Source: Callorhinchus milii
Taxonomy: Eukaryota
DNA length: 64,000 nucleotides
Direction: 5' to 3'
NCBI RefSeq assembly: GCF_018977255.1
Contig: NW_024704743.1
Span: 43,278,001 to 43,342,000, forward strand
Numbering within the stretch: the stretch's first letter is position 1; every line of letters begins with the position of its first letter. Shown piece by piece: positions 11,886-22,500 of this stretch. The position numbers and the translations under genes are program-made. The notes beneath the pieces are model-generated. The model saw only the letters and a list, made by a program, of their open reading frames with translations. It searched no databases and was not told the origin of the DNA.

Positions 11886-14800
11886 GGGCGATAAGATAAA
11901 GACCTGGCGTGGGGGCTTGACCACTCTTTTAGCAGCTTCCCCTAATGACCAGATGAGATGAGCTGCTTTCCTCCTGAGAAATCCTGGTGCATATTTGCTT
12001 GCAGGACAGCATGAACCCACCTCAGGCATGAGCACTTTGAGACTTTTGACACCGAAATGCGCCTTGCTAAACTTTTACGTATTATTATAACAAGTCCCAC
12101 ATGTCTTGGTTAAATTTTCTGTGGTTCATTAACTTGCGATAAGGCTTTATACCGAATGCAAGCATTATTAGATTGATTGGGCAAATAGAAATTCTATTGC
12201 CAGAGAAATCAGTTTTTTTTTAATGCTAGGTTCCTTGGCTGTTTGAGTGGGTATTCACTTCCTATCCTAGTCTTGCAATGGCCTCCGTAGTTACCAGCCT
12301 TTCTGGTTCAAATTTATTAATTTAAGATGTGAGTCATTTAACCTTTCTTGATATTTAGGTGTTGACGGTGTTACTTGTCAAGGTGTGAGCCAATGCACCT
12401 ACCACAACTGCTTCCCTCCACCGTTCCTCAGGGCTATGTAAGCAAAGGTTATAATAATCCAATAATAACAAGTTATGGACTTCTTCATCTGTGAATAGAA
12501 TGAAGATCCAACATGAGATAGTGGTGGGGTGGCGGGGGTGGTGGGATGGGGAAAGAAGGGGGAAACATTTTTTAAAAAGACTTCAATTTTATATCAAAAA
12601 TATAATTTTTAAAAAATATTACTGTTAATTAATTCAGTCTGAGAAAGAAGTACAATACAATACAAATAAATGCTAGGTTAGTGGTACCAGTACACTGACT
12701 CTTTGTCAGAAGGAGCCAGAGTTGAGATGTTCCCTGAGGTGACTGACCTGCCCTACCTTTACCACATCTTCTGTTTCTATTTTCTTTGTCCGCCGCTTTT
12801 CCTCTTGTATTGGTGTAAAGCAGTTCATGGAGCTTTTGAATGGGGGAGCAGGGGGGGGGGGCGAAGAGGCTGTGGAGGGAAAAGTTGATAGAAGTGGGGT
12901 CAACATGGTAAGCCTCTCACTTACTAAACTAACAGAAATTTACAACCTACTGGCAGAAATACAACTTTTGTATGACCCAATGTAATTGAAAACCCAACAC
13001 GCCACCAGAGAGCTGGGTGATGAGTTCAACTGCTGTTCTTATATGAGCTGATCGCACATTGTGATGCAGTGGGAGGATATTAAGCAAAGCTCCAGTGCTT
13101 CCTCGTGGTGGTAGATCATTATTTCCTGTATTGCTTAGTGGTGGGTGAGCGGATGGAGGGAGAGAGGGAGGGAAGCAGCAAGCCGGAGGGCTGGAGGTCC
13201 AGATAGCGAATGTCTGAAAGCCTGCCCACCATTGGTGGTTTAGTTCATTCAAATGAAATCCATAAATACAAAGTGCATGAACTCAGCTCAAAATAGTGGC
13301 AGAAAAGGCCAGTCCATTGAACTGTTTCCAGTTCAATTGGTGAGTTTCCACTGGCACATGTGCAGGAATGTGCCTTAAAAGAAAGAAGAAGCAGCAGTTC
13401 CTTAAATGCAGTGGTGCTTTCCAGAACAATGTCCCATCTTAGCAGCACAGCCAGTCACTGTGGATTCAGCTCAAATTGTGTCACCATCAGTGCGAGTGCA
13501 TTTTAGCAGAAGAGGTGATGCTACTAGGTTGAAGGTGAGATGGAAGTTTTAAAAAAAACACATGCAGTGAATCTGGTCTGTGTACAAACCAACTTGAAAG
13601 AAAGTTGGATAGTCACCTATCCTCACAGTCAGCTATCTCTCCACGCACTCCTGTTGGCTGCCAATTTGTTCAACATTGAAACTGTGGTAATAAATAAATA
13701 ATAAGACCATGCACTTTTAAAGCCCCTCATTTCATCGGTGCCCCACGTGCTCCTACTGTAATTGCTGTCTATATTTTTGTGGGCAAATGTGGCAGACGCA
13801 CAATGTGAAATGCAAATTGATCTGAAGGAATATTGGCTGACAACACCTTGTTTGAGTGTCGGCCCTGGTAATGCAGCACCTCTTCAGTGTTACATTGCAG
13901 TTAGACCAGTTTTGTAGGTTTATTTTGTTTACCTACAAAATACAGTCACTACACTCTACGGTATATCCTGTGAAGTGCTTTGGGATGTTCTCCTGACCTG
14001 AAAGAGACCATATGAAATGTAAGGATTATTATTGTAAGATTGTGAACTCGGGTTTCCATGGTGGAGCTTGAATCCATAATTTTGGACCCAGAGGCAAGAC
14101 TATTACCATCTGAGCCGGGCTGTTGCCTAACACTTGATGAGCCTCCTCCTATCTGTTCTGGGCAGAGTTGTGGGCGTGCTGACAGCTGATATTGTTTATC
14201 TCCTCGTTCTTGCTCTCAGCACTGCGGACAGGGAGAGGATGCAAAGGACTTTCCTGTCATTTAATGCAGTGCAACGCGGGAAGGAAATAATCGACATCTG
14301 TTAGTGGGCAACCACGCCTTCCTCACAGCGGCTTGCACTTTGTGTGTCGCAGATAATGCGCACAGTGCAGGTTTTGTGTCTTGTGGTTTGATTCTGGGAT
14401 GTTATTTGTCCCAGTGTTCTCTTTTGAGCAGAGTTTCCTGTTTGCTTTTGCTCGATTTGCAGATCCATGATTCTCCTGTATGCGTTGATGATTTGTTGGC
14501 GGGGAAATTACTTCTCCATTTTGAAATAGCGGAGTGGTTTCCCCCTTATGCTGGAGCAGGGGAAGCTTCCTCTGACAGACTTCCTGAGGCATTTCAGTGA
14601 GAGTAAAGAGCACAGCAAGTGCATGTGATGTCAGTTCACAACTTGAGGGGTTTGTGTGGAGTTAGCACTGAAGTGTGTAGTGTGCTGGAATTTTGCTACG
14701 TCTGTATGTACGTATATGTGTTCAGTTTTGTTTTGGACATCTAAGGAATTTGACACGTGGGGAAACTTAGAATTTTACATAGAATTATATATCCTGTCAC

Positions 14801-15564
14801 CAGCTCCGAAACAGCTATAAAGCCCCACTAAGTGAGTCGGCTGTGTCCTTGTATTACGAGACTCTCTGGCACTCAAATTGTAGTGCAGATGGATCAAAAA
14901 AAGTGGATCCACCTAAAAGTTTAAAAGCTCCAGTGGTGTTTTCACATTTGCAGTGTGAAGATTGGAAACTACTACATTTGCAGAAGCTTAGGATTCCCAC
15001 TTCTCCAGCTGTCAAATCGTATGTTTCTGTGTATAAAACCCCGCCAGCTGTCTGATCAGAAAAGTGCTTCATTTCTAAGTTTCTATATGGGTTCAGAAAA
15101 ACACATAGCAATGGTGCCCAAATGGGTCCTCTTCTGTAAGTGTAGCAGTAAAGTGGGGAAGGAGCAGAGGAGGGCATTATCTTTAGAGCTTGCTGCGTTG
15201 GAAACGATTAAGATGAGATGTGCAGATGAAATCTTTATTGTTTTAATGTGAAGCCAATGTGAAGCCAATTATAGAGTAAAGAAAAGCAGTACGTCAACAT
15301 TATCCAGTTCAGGAAACCACATCAAAAAGAAATTAAATAAACCACATTTCCTTCTTCTTGGAGTCCCCTTTGGCTCCAATTGTCTTTCTTTCTCCCTCTC
15401 ATTCCCGGAGATACTGGGGAAGAATTCCACATGAATGGTCCCTCCCAGCTCAATACTTGGCCCCAGTGCTAATTCATTCTTTGTGTGAGCTCTACAAAGA
15501 GAATCTGTGCGTTGTTCACCAGTATCTAATTTGAGAGTCCAGAAAGTGGGTTGGGTCTCTTCAC

Positions 15565-15812
15565 CCAACTCTACCTCTCTGCCTCCACCCTCGACTCCAG
15601 GACCTGTTCTGACTGATTGTCTGTCAGACATCAAATCCTGGACGAGAGCTGTCTTTCTACAGTTGAATATTGGAAAAACCGAAGCTCTCCTGCTTGGCTC
15701 CCATCAGCGTCTTCTCACCTCAGGTGCTGACAGCATCGATCAACATGGATGCACAGTCCACCTCGAGGAGCTGGTGCAGAACCTTGGGGTCTTGATGACT
15801 CCTAATTATCTT
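15565..15812 (+). mobile_element. L2 LINE RT fragment
   Basis: CLSDIKSW...FLQLNIGKTEALLLG...VQNLGV. Confidence 0.85.
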
Positions 15813-15829
15813 TTAAACCGTCTCTGGCA

Positions 15830-16165
15830 GTGTGAGGTGTGTGTCTGTGGGGCTGGGAGGTGTGTGTCTGTGGGAGTGGGAGGTGTGTGTCCGTGGGGGT
15901 GGGAGGTGTGTGTCCGTGGGGGTGGGAGGTGTGTGTCGGTGGGGGTGTGAGGTGTGTGTCTGTGGGAGTGGGAGGTGTGTGTCCGTGGGGGTGGGAGGTG
16001 TGTGTCGGTGGGGGTGGGAGGTGTGTGTCTGTGGGAGTGTGAGGTGTGTGTCCGTGGGGGTGGGAGGTGTGTGTCGGTGGGGGTGTGAGGTGTGTGTCTG
16101 TGGGAGTGTGAGGTGTGTGTCTGTGGGAGTGTGAAGTGTGTGTCTCTGGGAGCGTGAGGTGTGTT
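15830..16165. repeat. G-rich minisatellite, 23-bp unit, about 14 copies
   Basis: Unit GAGGTGTGTGTC(C/T/G)GTGGG(G/A)GT(G)(G/T); the ORF track repeats every 23 aa (3 units). Confidence 0.92.
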
Positions 16166-17004
16166 TATTTGGGGGTGGGAGGCCTATCGGATGTGGGGTG
16201 ATCTGCTCCACATTGAGAATGCATTAGGCTTCAAAGCATTGGGACAATTCCATGTCCTAGCACTGTTCCCAGGAATCTTTCCATGAAAATGGTATCAGTC
16301 AGCAGAGCAGCACGCAATGGGAGACGCGGAGCAGAGAGGCATGGAGCGCAATGGGAATGATTGAAAGGGAGTTGGGGAGGAAAGGGTTATCAGAGATAGT
16401 CAAATACAGTAGAAGGGAAAATGAGACAACATTAATGTCAATGGTCTTTTATTCTTCTTGCATCTTCTATATCTCCCTCCCCCACGTCATGTATGATAAA
16501 CTCCGAAGTTCAAACACTCCAGGCTTCCTGTTTATGTGGCATCTGGAGGGGAATGCACTGCAGGTCAGAGAATCTTTGACAGAGGTTTGATCCTTCGGCT
16601 TTTATTCATTGGAGAGAGAAAAAATACAAAGTATGAAACTCGATCGACCGGGGAATGTGTGTGAGCACACAGTCACGCTGATTTACAGTATATCCAGGAA
16701 GCAGTTTGAGATGTCTCAACAACACAATAAGGCGCTATATCAAATGTATGGATTATTATTATTATCAGACAGCTGAGGTGGTGTGTAACTGGAGCGTAGT
16801 ATACGGAATCCTGAAGCTTAGTGGTTAGAGCACTCTACCAAAAACAAGTGAGAAGACAAATTTTACAGTGGCAGTTTTGTCTGTGATTTTTATCACAGCA
16901 GGGCTCCAAATTGCTGGTTTTCTTCTCTTCCCCCCAAAAAAAAAATTATGATAGGAGTAGAAGTAAGCAATCTGAGATGCTACCCTGCATGAGGGGCGCT
17001 ATAT

Positions 17005-17370
17005 TGTGGAGTCCTGTACCTCAGTGGTTAGAGTCCTCGGCCTGACAGGCGAGAGACCTGGGTTTGATTCCTAGCAGGGCAAAACGTTGGGCAAGTTTCT
17101 TTACTCCACATGCCTCTATTTACCTAGTAGTGAGTAAGAACCCGGTTGTTAGTCGATTGGGGGACTGCTTTGCTGAGGGTGATGATTCATTTTCCCCCCC
17201 AAAAAATAATAAATTGGTCACTCAACTCACGACTGTTTGTGTGCAATTGGCTGCCGCATTTCTCCCACAAAATATACAGTCAATTCACTTTACAGTATAT
17301 TCTGTGAAACGCTTTAAGACGTCTCAACGGCGTGATAAGGTGCTATATCAAATGCAAGGATTAATATTAT
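17005..17370 (+). mobile_element. tRNA-derived SINE with CORE-like domain (CmiSINE-like), long form
   Basis: A/B-box head, ttgggcaagtttc...tgcctct(a/g)tttacct body, L2-type tail; inserted into an L2 tail (gcgctatat|...|acaaatgcaag). Confidence 0.85.
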
Positions 17371-18144
17371 ACAAATGCAAGTAATACTATAATAATAAGT
17401 TATTATTGTTGAAGTTATATAAGTTATAGAAACTCGCTGGTTTGTATCCCAGTTAGTGCTAAGTTTGGTGTCAGCCAGGGTTGACTGGGAAGGTCAAATT
17501 GACCACAGTCTTCCCAGGGTGAAGGAGTCCAGCAAGGACTCTGACTCCCAGTCTCTCTAGAGCACCCTCTACTGGTTGTGCGCGTGTGTGGTAGCTGGTT
17601 TGGGAGAGGTCAGCCATCACTGGCAGGACTCACCAATCTGTCAGTGTCCACTTGAGCAAAGTATTGGAAGGCAACCAGTGTCTGAAGCCACACCCCGGGA
17701 GAGGAGATCAGACCAGGAGCAAAAACAGGAAAAAAAAAGGGGAAAGCTAGATTTAAAAAAGATATGATGATGTTTTGGATATATGGGTCTGGTACCTGCT
17801 ATTATTGGTGTAATTGTTATGTGCATCAGACTCTGTGTATCAGTCTTAATTTAATGTCTGAGGCTGCATAAACAGTGCAGAAGTGGAAACCAGTTGGGGA
17901 TGAGGAAGCTAAGCACTGTAGACAAGAGAAGTACCACTCTCTGTCCTCAGTATTCTTTCCTCCCCCTCCCCCTGATATTGATTCAGAGTTGCCCCTCTGG
18001 TAACCCTAGCCAGATTACCCCAGAGAGTCATACTGTTCTACTGTCCGAGGGAGATCTTTCACAGCTGAAGCTGATCTGTTTACTCCTGCCAACCACGTAT
18101 CTGTCTAGTTCCCAGTGTGGGAGTTGATCAGACTTAGCCAGGTT

Positions 18145-18203
18145 AAGTGCTCTGAGACGCCATCCGGCGGGGACGGTGCTATATAAATCCAAGTTGTTGT
18201 TGT
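18145..18203 (+). mobile_element. ~60-bp L2 tail-only insertion
   Basis: aagtgctctgagacgccatccggcgg...atataaatccaag(ttg)n; closely matches 24952 and 26417. Confidence 0.8.
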
Positions 18204-18782
18204 GATCCCCTCATTCAGTAGAACAATCTGCTGAGATGCTTATTGTCTGAACTCGAACAATAGATTGGCCCTCTGGGCTGAGACAGAAACCTGCACAAAC
18301 AGGTACGTTGAACAACGTCTCTCAACTGCAACCTCTTAATTTTAATTGTTACGAAGTTCCGATAATACCTGGGAAAAACTTCTGCCACAATGTTAACCAG
18401 TTTTCCAAGGAGAGGCAACAAGACAGCTAAAGCAAATGCTAGATTATCTGGGTGACAACCAGACATGAGAGTTTAGGGTTTTGAGGTACAAGCTCCGGAG
18501 GGAAGGGCACCTCGAGCAAGAATTGTGAGCGTAAAGAAAAGTTGTAAATGATCTGAGCTACACCGAGTCTTGACGTGCCTGAAGTAGTAGCCAGCACGTT
18601 CTGAACGAATTGATGTCCTCCCAGGTCATAGGTTAACATTGGGAATGTTTTGCACGACACGGCAGCTGACTGCTCAGGAACTTGAGGCAAGGGATTTTAA
18701 TGTGTGAGTAAAGTACTGAAATCTATGTTTGGAAAAATATTTTGCTCCTCTTTTGCATTTGAAACCCAAATGTAATGGTAAC

Positions 18783-18965
18783 AATAATAATCCTTGCATT
18801 TGATATAGCGCTTTATCACATCTTCGAAACATCTCAAAGCGCTTCACAGAATATACTGTAAAATGAATTGACTATATTTTCTGGGCGAAATGCAGCAGCC
18901 AATTGCGCACAGCAGCGTCTCACAAACAGTCATGTATTGAGTGACCAATTTAAAAAATAATAATT
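18783..18965 (-). mobile_element. 5'-truncated SINE (shared 3' tail)
   Basis: Reverse complement of 25090-25280. Similar tail copies near 120-235(-), 5870-5975(+), 6455-6575(-), 10513-10650(-), 22146-22297(-), 24706-24820(-), 31945-32075(+), 33375-33548(+), 43798-43960(-), 60925-61103(+), 63345-63442(+). Confidence 0.85.
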
Positions 18966-19322
18966 TTCAAGGAGTAATGGTAAGCAGGAATTTCATTGTC
19001 CATGTTAAAGTTCCACCATCCACTGTGCTTTTTCTCAAGTATCAGAGCCACAGAGCCATCCTGTTATTTTTAATGTAAGCTTCAAGTTGGTCGATATGAA
19101 TGAACAAATGTAGATACAGTTCTTGTGGACAATTGCATAATTTCTGTGATATATGAACAACCTGTGCCGAGAGCTCTGTACAGTCTTACAGTACAGTGTG
19201 TGTAGTCTTTTATGAGTACGCGCATAGACTTGAATTCTTCTCCTATGGGTACAGATAGTGTAGAGTGCTGAGTGATTTCTGATTGATTCATTGTCCTTTT
19301 CTCCCCTCCTTGCTTGTTTCAG

Positions 19323-19513
19323 GGAAACCTTCCAGCATTGATCATCTGGAGCGGATCCAGCTGTCCGGGCTGTTCAACGTTCGGAAAGGGAAGATGCAGC
19401 TTCACAAATGGACCAAACGCCAGGTCATCCTGTGTGGAACCTGCTTGATAGTTTCCTCTGTGAAGGACAGCCACTCGGGGAAAATGCACGTGCTACCATT
19501 GATCGGGGGAAAG
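19323..19513 (+). CDS. PHLPP1: PHLPP1 exon 2 (PH domain, N-terminal half)
   Basis: Polypyrimidine tract + AG at 19321-22; [66 protein letters not shown] at 19514. Confidence 0.96.
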
Positions 19514-22500
19514 GTACAGTTGAGCTAATCGATTGCAGGATAGGTCTTTTTTGGAGTGGGGCGGGAGTGGGGGGGGTCGGCTGGGTTTCTGACACATGAC
19601 CTGTCGTCATGCTTGAGAGTATCCAAATGAGGCTAACATTTCCATACATCCCAACTACACGTGGAAATCTTAGAGATAGATTATTGGAATGGAATGCGCA
19701 CTCTTTATCTGGAGGGACGGTTCATGCTTACCTAATTTCAGAAAGTATTAGGCACAAGTTGGCAAGAGCCAAGGCTTGGGGACCCCAGAGTGTGTGTTGG
19801 AGTACTGCTGAAGTCTGACCAGTTAAAACCACTTAGCTTGCCATTGGATTGTCCATTGAGTGCGCGGAATGAGGTGGGGAGAACTTTCCTTTTAGGATGG
19901 TTTTAAAATGTTGAGTTCATTTATTGGAAGCTATTTTTCTTTTGTAATCCTCAGACTGCCTGCAGATCTGCAAAGACTTCAATCTGTGGGCACTGAGTGT
20001 TTTCAGTTCCCACACGCTAAAAAAATACTAATTACAGTAATAGAGCTCTCATGCTGATAGCTTAATTACTGTAATATTAACCCCAGGCTGTCAACATAAT
20101 ACAAAAATCATTTCAAATCGTTTCTGGGTCAGAAGATTGAGTTTGTGCCCCACATATAGGGACTTGAGCTCAGAGTCTTACACTTCAATATAGTGCTGGG
20201 GGAGCGCTTCTTTGTAGGGAGCGCTCCTTCCAACGAGATGTTATAATGAGGCCCCCTCCGCCTGTTCTTCGGATTTGTGTTCAAGATCCTGTGAGACTAT
20301 TTGAAAAGAGAAGGGAGTTTCTCCCAACGTCCTGGTCCCTAATCCTACAGATTAATTGATCATTTGCCTCGTGGCTGTTTGTGGGATTTTGCTGATACAA
20401 ATAGCTGCTGTGTTTGCCTCCAAAATGACAAATCAATGCTCATGACGTTACCGTATTATTATGGGAACGTTTCTCCCTCTAACTGCACACTGCCTACTCA
20501 CTGTTACTCACTTCTTTTCACACCCCCACCCCAAAATGTAACTGCACATTCAAAGTGTGAGCCTGGCTCAGTTTATAACAGTCTTGCTCTGAGTCAGAAG
20601 TTTGTGGGTTCAAGCCCAACCACAGGACTTTGAATTTGAAGTTTAGGCTGACATTCCAATGCAGTGCTGGGGAAGGTGCTGCATTACCAGAGGTGCCGTG
20701 CTTCAAATCACCCCATTCAGGTGGACATTATAGATCCCATGGTACCATTGGAAAGAGAAGGGAGTTTCTGGTGTCTTGGCCAATAATCCACCGAATAAAA
20801 TTGGTCACTTGTGCAAATTAATTGCTGTATTTGTGTTTTAATTTATGTTTGCCTAGAAATACACAGTCACTCAGCTTTACTAAATCCTGTAAAACGCTTT
20901 GAGATGTTCTCCCAACATCAAACGAGCTATCAAAGGAAAGGATTATTATGCCGGCAGCGTTTCAAGGGATAATGTTAATGCTCCTAACATATTTCTGAAT
21001 TTCGCAGGCCGAGCTTGAGTGGACCTGATCTCACACTTGTGTTTTTTGGTTAAAGTGAGCCACAATGTTTTCTTTTGGTTTATGTAATCGGATCCTTTCT
21101 GTCTTGTGTAGGTGGAGGAAGTGAAGAAGCATCAGCACTGTTTGGCTTTCATGTCATCGGGACCACAGAGTCAAACCTACTATGTCAGCTTTGATAGCTT
21201 CCCAGAATATTTACGCTGGCTTCGACAGGCTTCAAAGGTGGGTCTATGTGTGCTGGGTGTCTGTTCTAACCTTCCACTCCCCTAGACCCAGGTGCAACAA
21301 ATTTAATTTGTTGTTGTTGTAGTGACTGTTTTTACCCCCAGTCCCATGTTTGGTGGCTGTTTGTCTGAGGAGAGCAGACAGTCCTCAGGCTTCACTGTAA
21401 CAAAAGGCTTTGCAGCACTAACCTGTTCCACCACTTGTTTGAAGCATTGTAGTACAAGTTGGGCTTTTCTCTCCAAAGACCCTTGACACACGTATGACGA
21501 TTAAGTTGCAACTATAAGATTTTTGTTCCCCAAATTATGATGGTTTTGCGGCATGTTTTCCACCTTTTCTTCCTTATTTTTCAAATTAGGAATTTGCGCC
21601 CCCCCACCTGCCACCATAGCTAATTTGGCCCAGGTATCTTCTGTCTGGCTCAGGCAGAGTTTGTTCTTGCAGTAATAGTACTGACCCGGACCAAACTCCG
21701 TCCCCCCATTCTCACTAGTTCTGGCCAGGCTCCACTGGCTCCCCATCACCGAACGCATCAACTTCAAGATCTTCACACTCGTTCAAATCCATTCACTCCC
21801 TGGCACCTCCCTACCTCTCTGACCTCCTCACTCTCCAATCCACACCTGGTGCCTCCACTCGACTGGCTCTGGCCTCCTGCTTGTCCCTCACACTCTCCGC
21901 CCCACCATCAGAGATTGCGCTTTCACCCACTACGCCCCGAAACTCTGGAACACTCTCCCTCAATCCCTCCGCCTTGCCCTCCCTCTCTCCCCTTTTTTGT
22001 GTCCTGCCTGAAAACCTTTCTTTTTGACCGTGCTTACAGCCACCTGCCCCCACCACCTCGGCTTGGAGTCAGTCTCCGCCACTATTAAGCGCTGTGAGAC
22101 GTTACCCTGGGTGGAGAGCACTATATAAGTGCAAGTTGTGGTTGTAATAATAATCCTTACATTTGATATAGCGTCTTATCACATTGTTGAGACATCTCAA
22201 AGCGCTGCACAGAATATTCTGTAAAGTGAATTGACTGAATATTTTGTGGGTGAAACGCGGCTGCCAATTGCGCACAGCAGTGTCCCACAAACAGTCGTTT
22301 TTACTCTATGGGTGGTTGGGTTGGGAAGTGAACAGGGGTCTAGAAGAAGAAACCTAATTCTCTGTTTAACAGCTGCCACCAATGTTGAGTCTTATGATTT
22401 TGTAGGTGAGGTGTAGAGCCTTGCTCTCTGCAGTACAACAGACTTGCTAATGCTAGTTCAAATGGTTGGAAAGGTGAAAGCTGCTGATTTCTGCAACTTG

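Noticed and set aside
1..19322. PHLPP1 exon 1 or promoter
   Set aside because: No CpG island and no sequence encoding the N-terminal RA-domain region (ending ...IRFYA) was found. The region is treated as intron 1.
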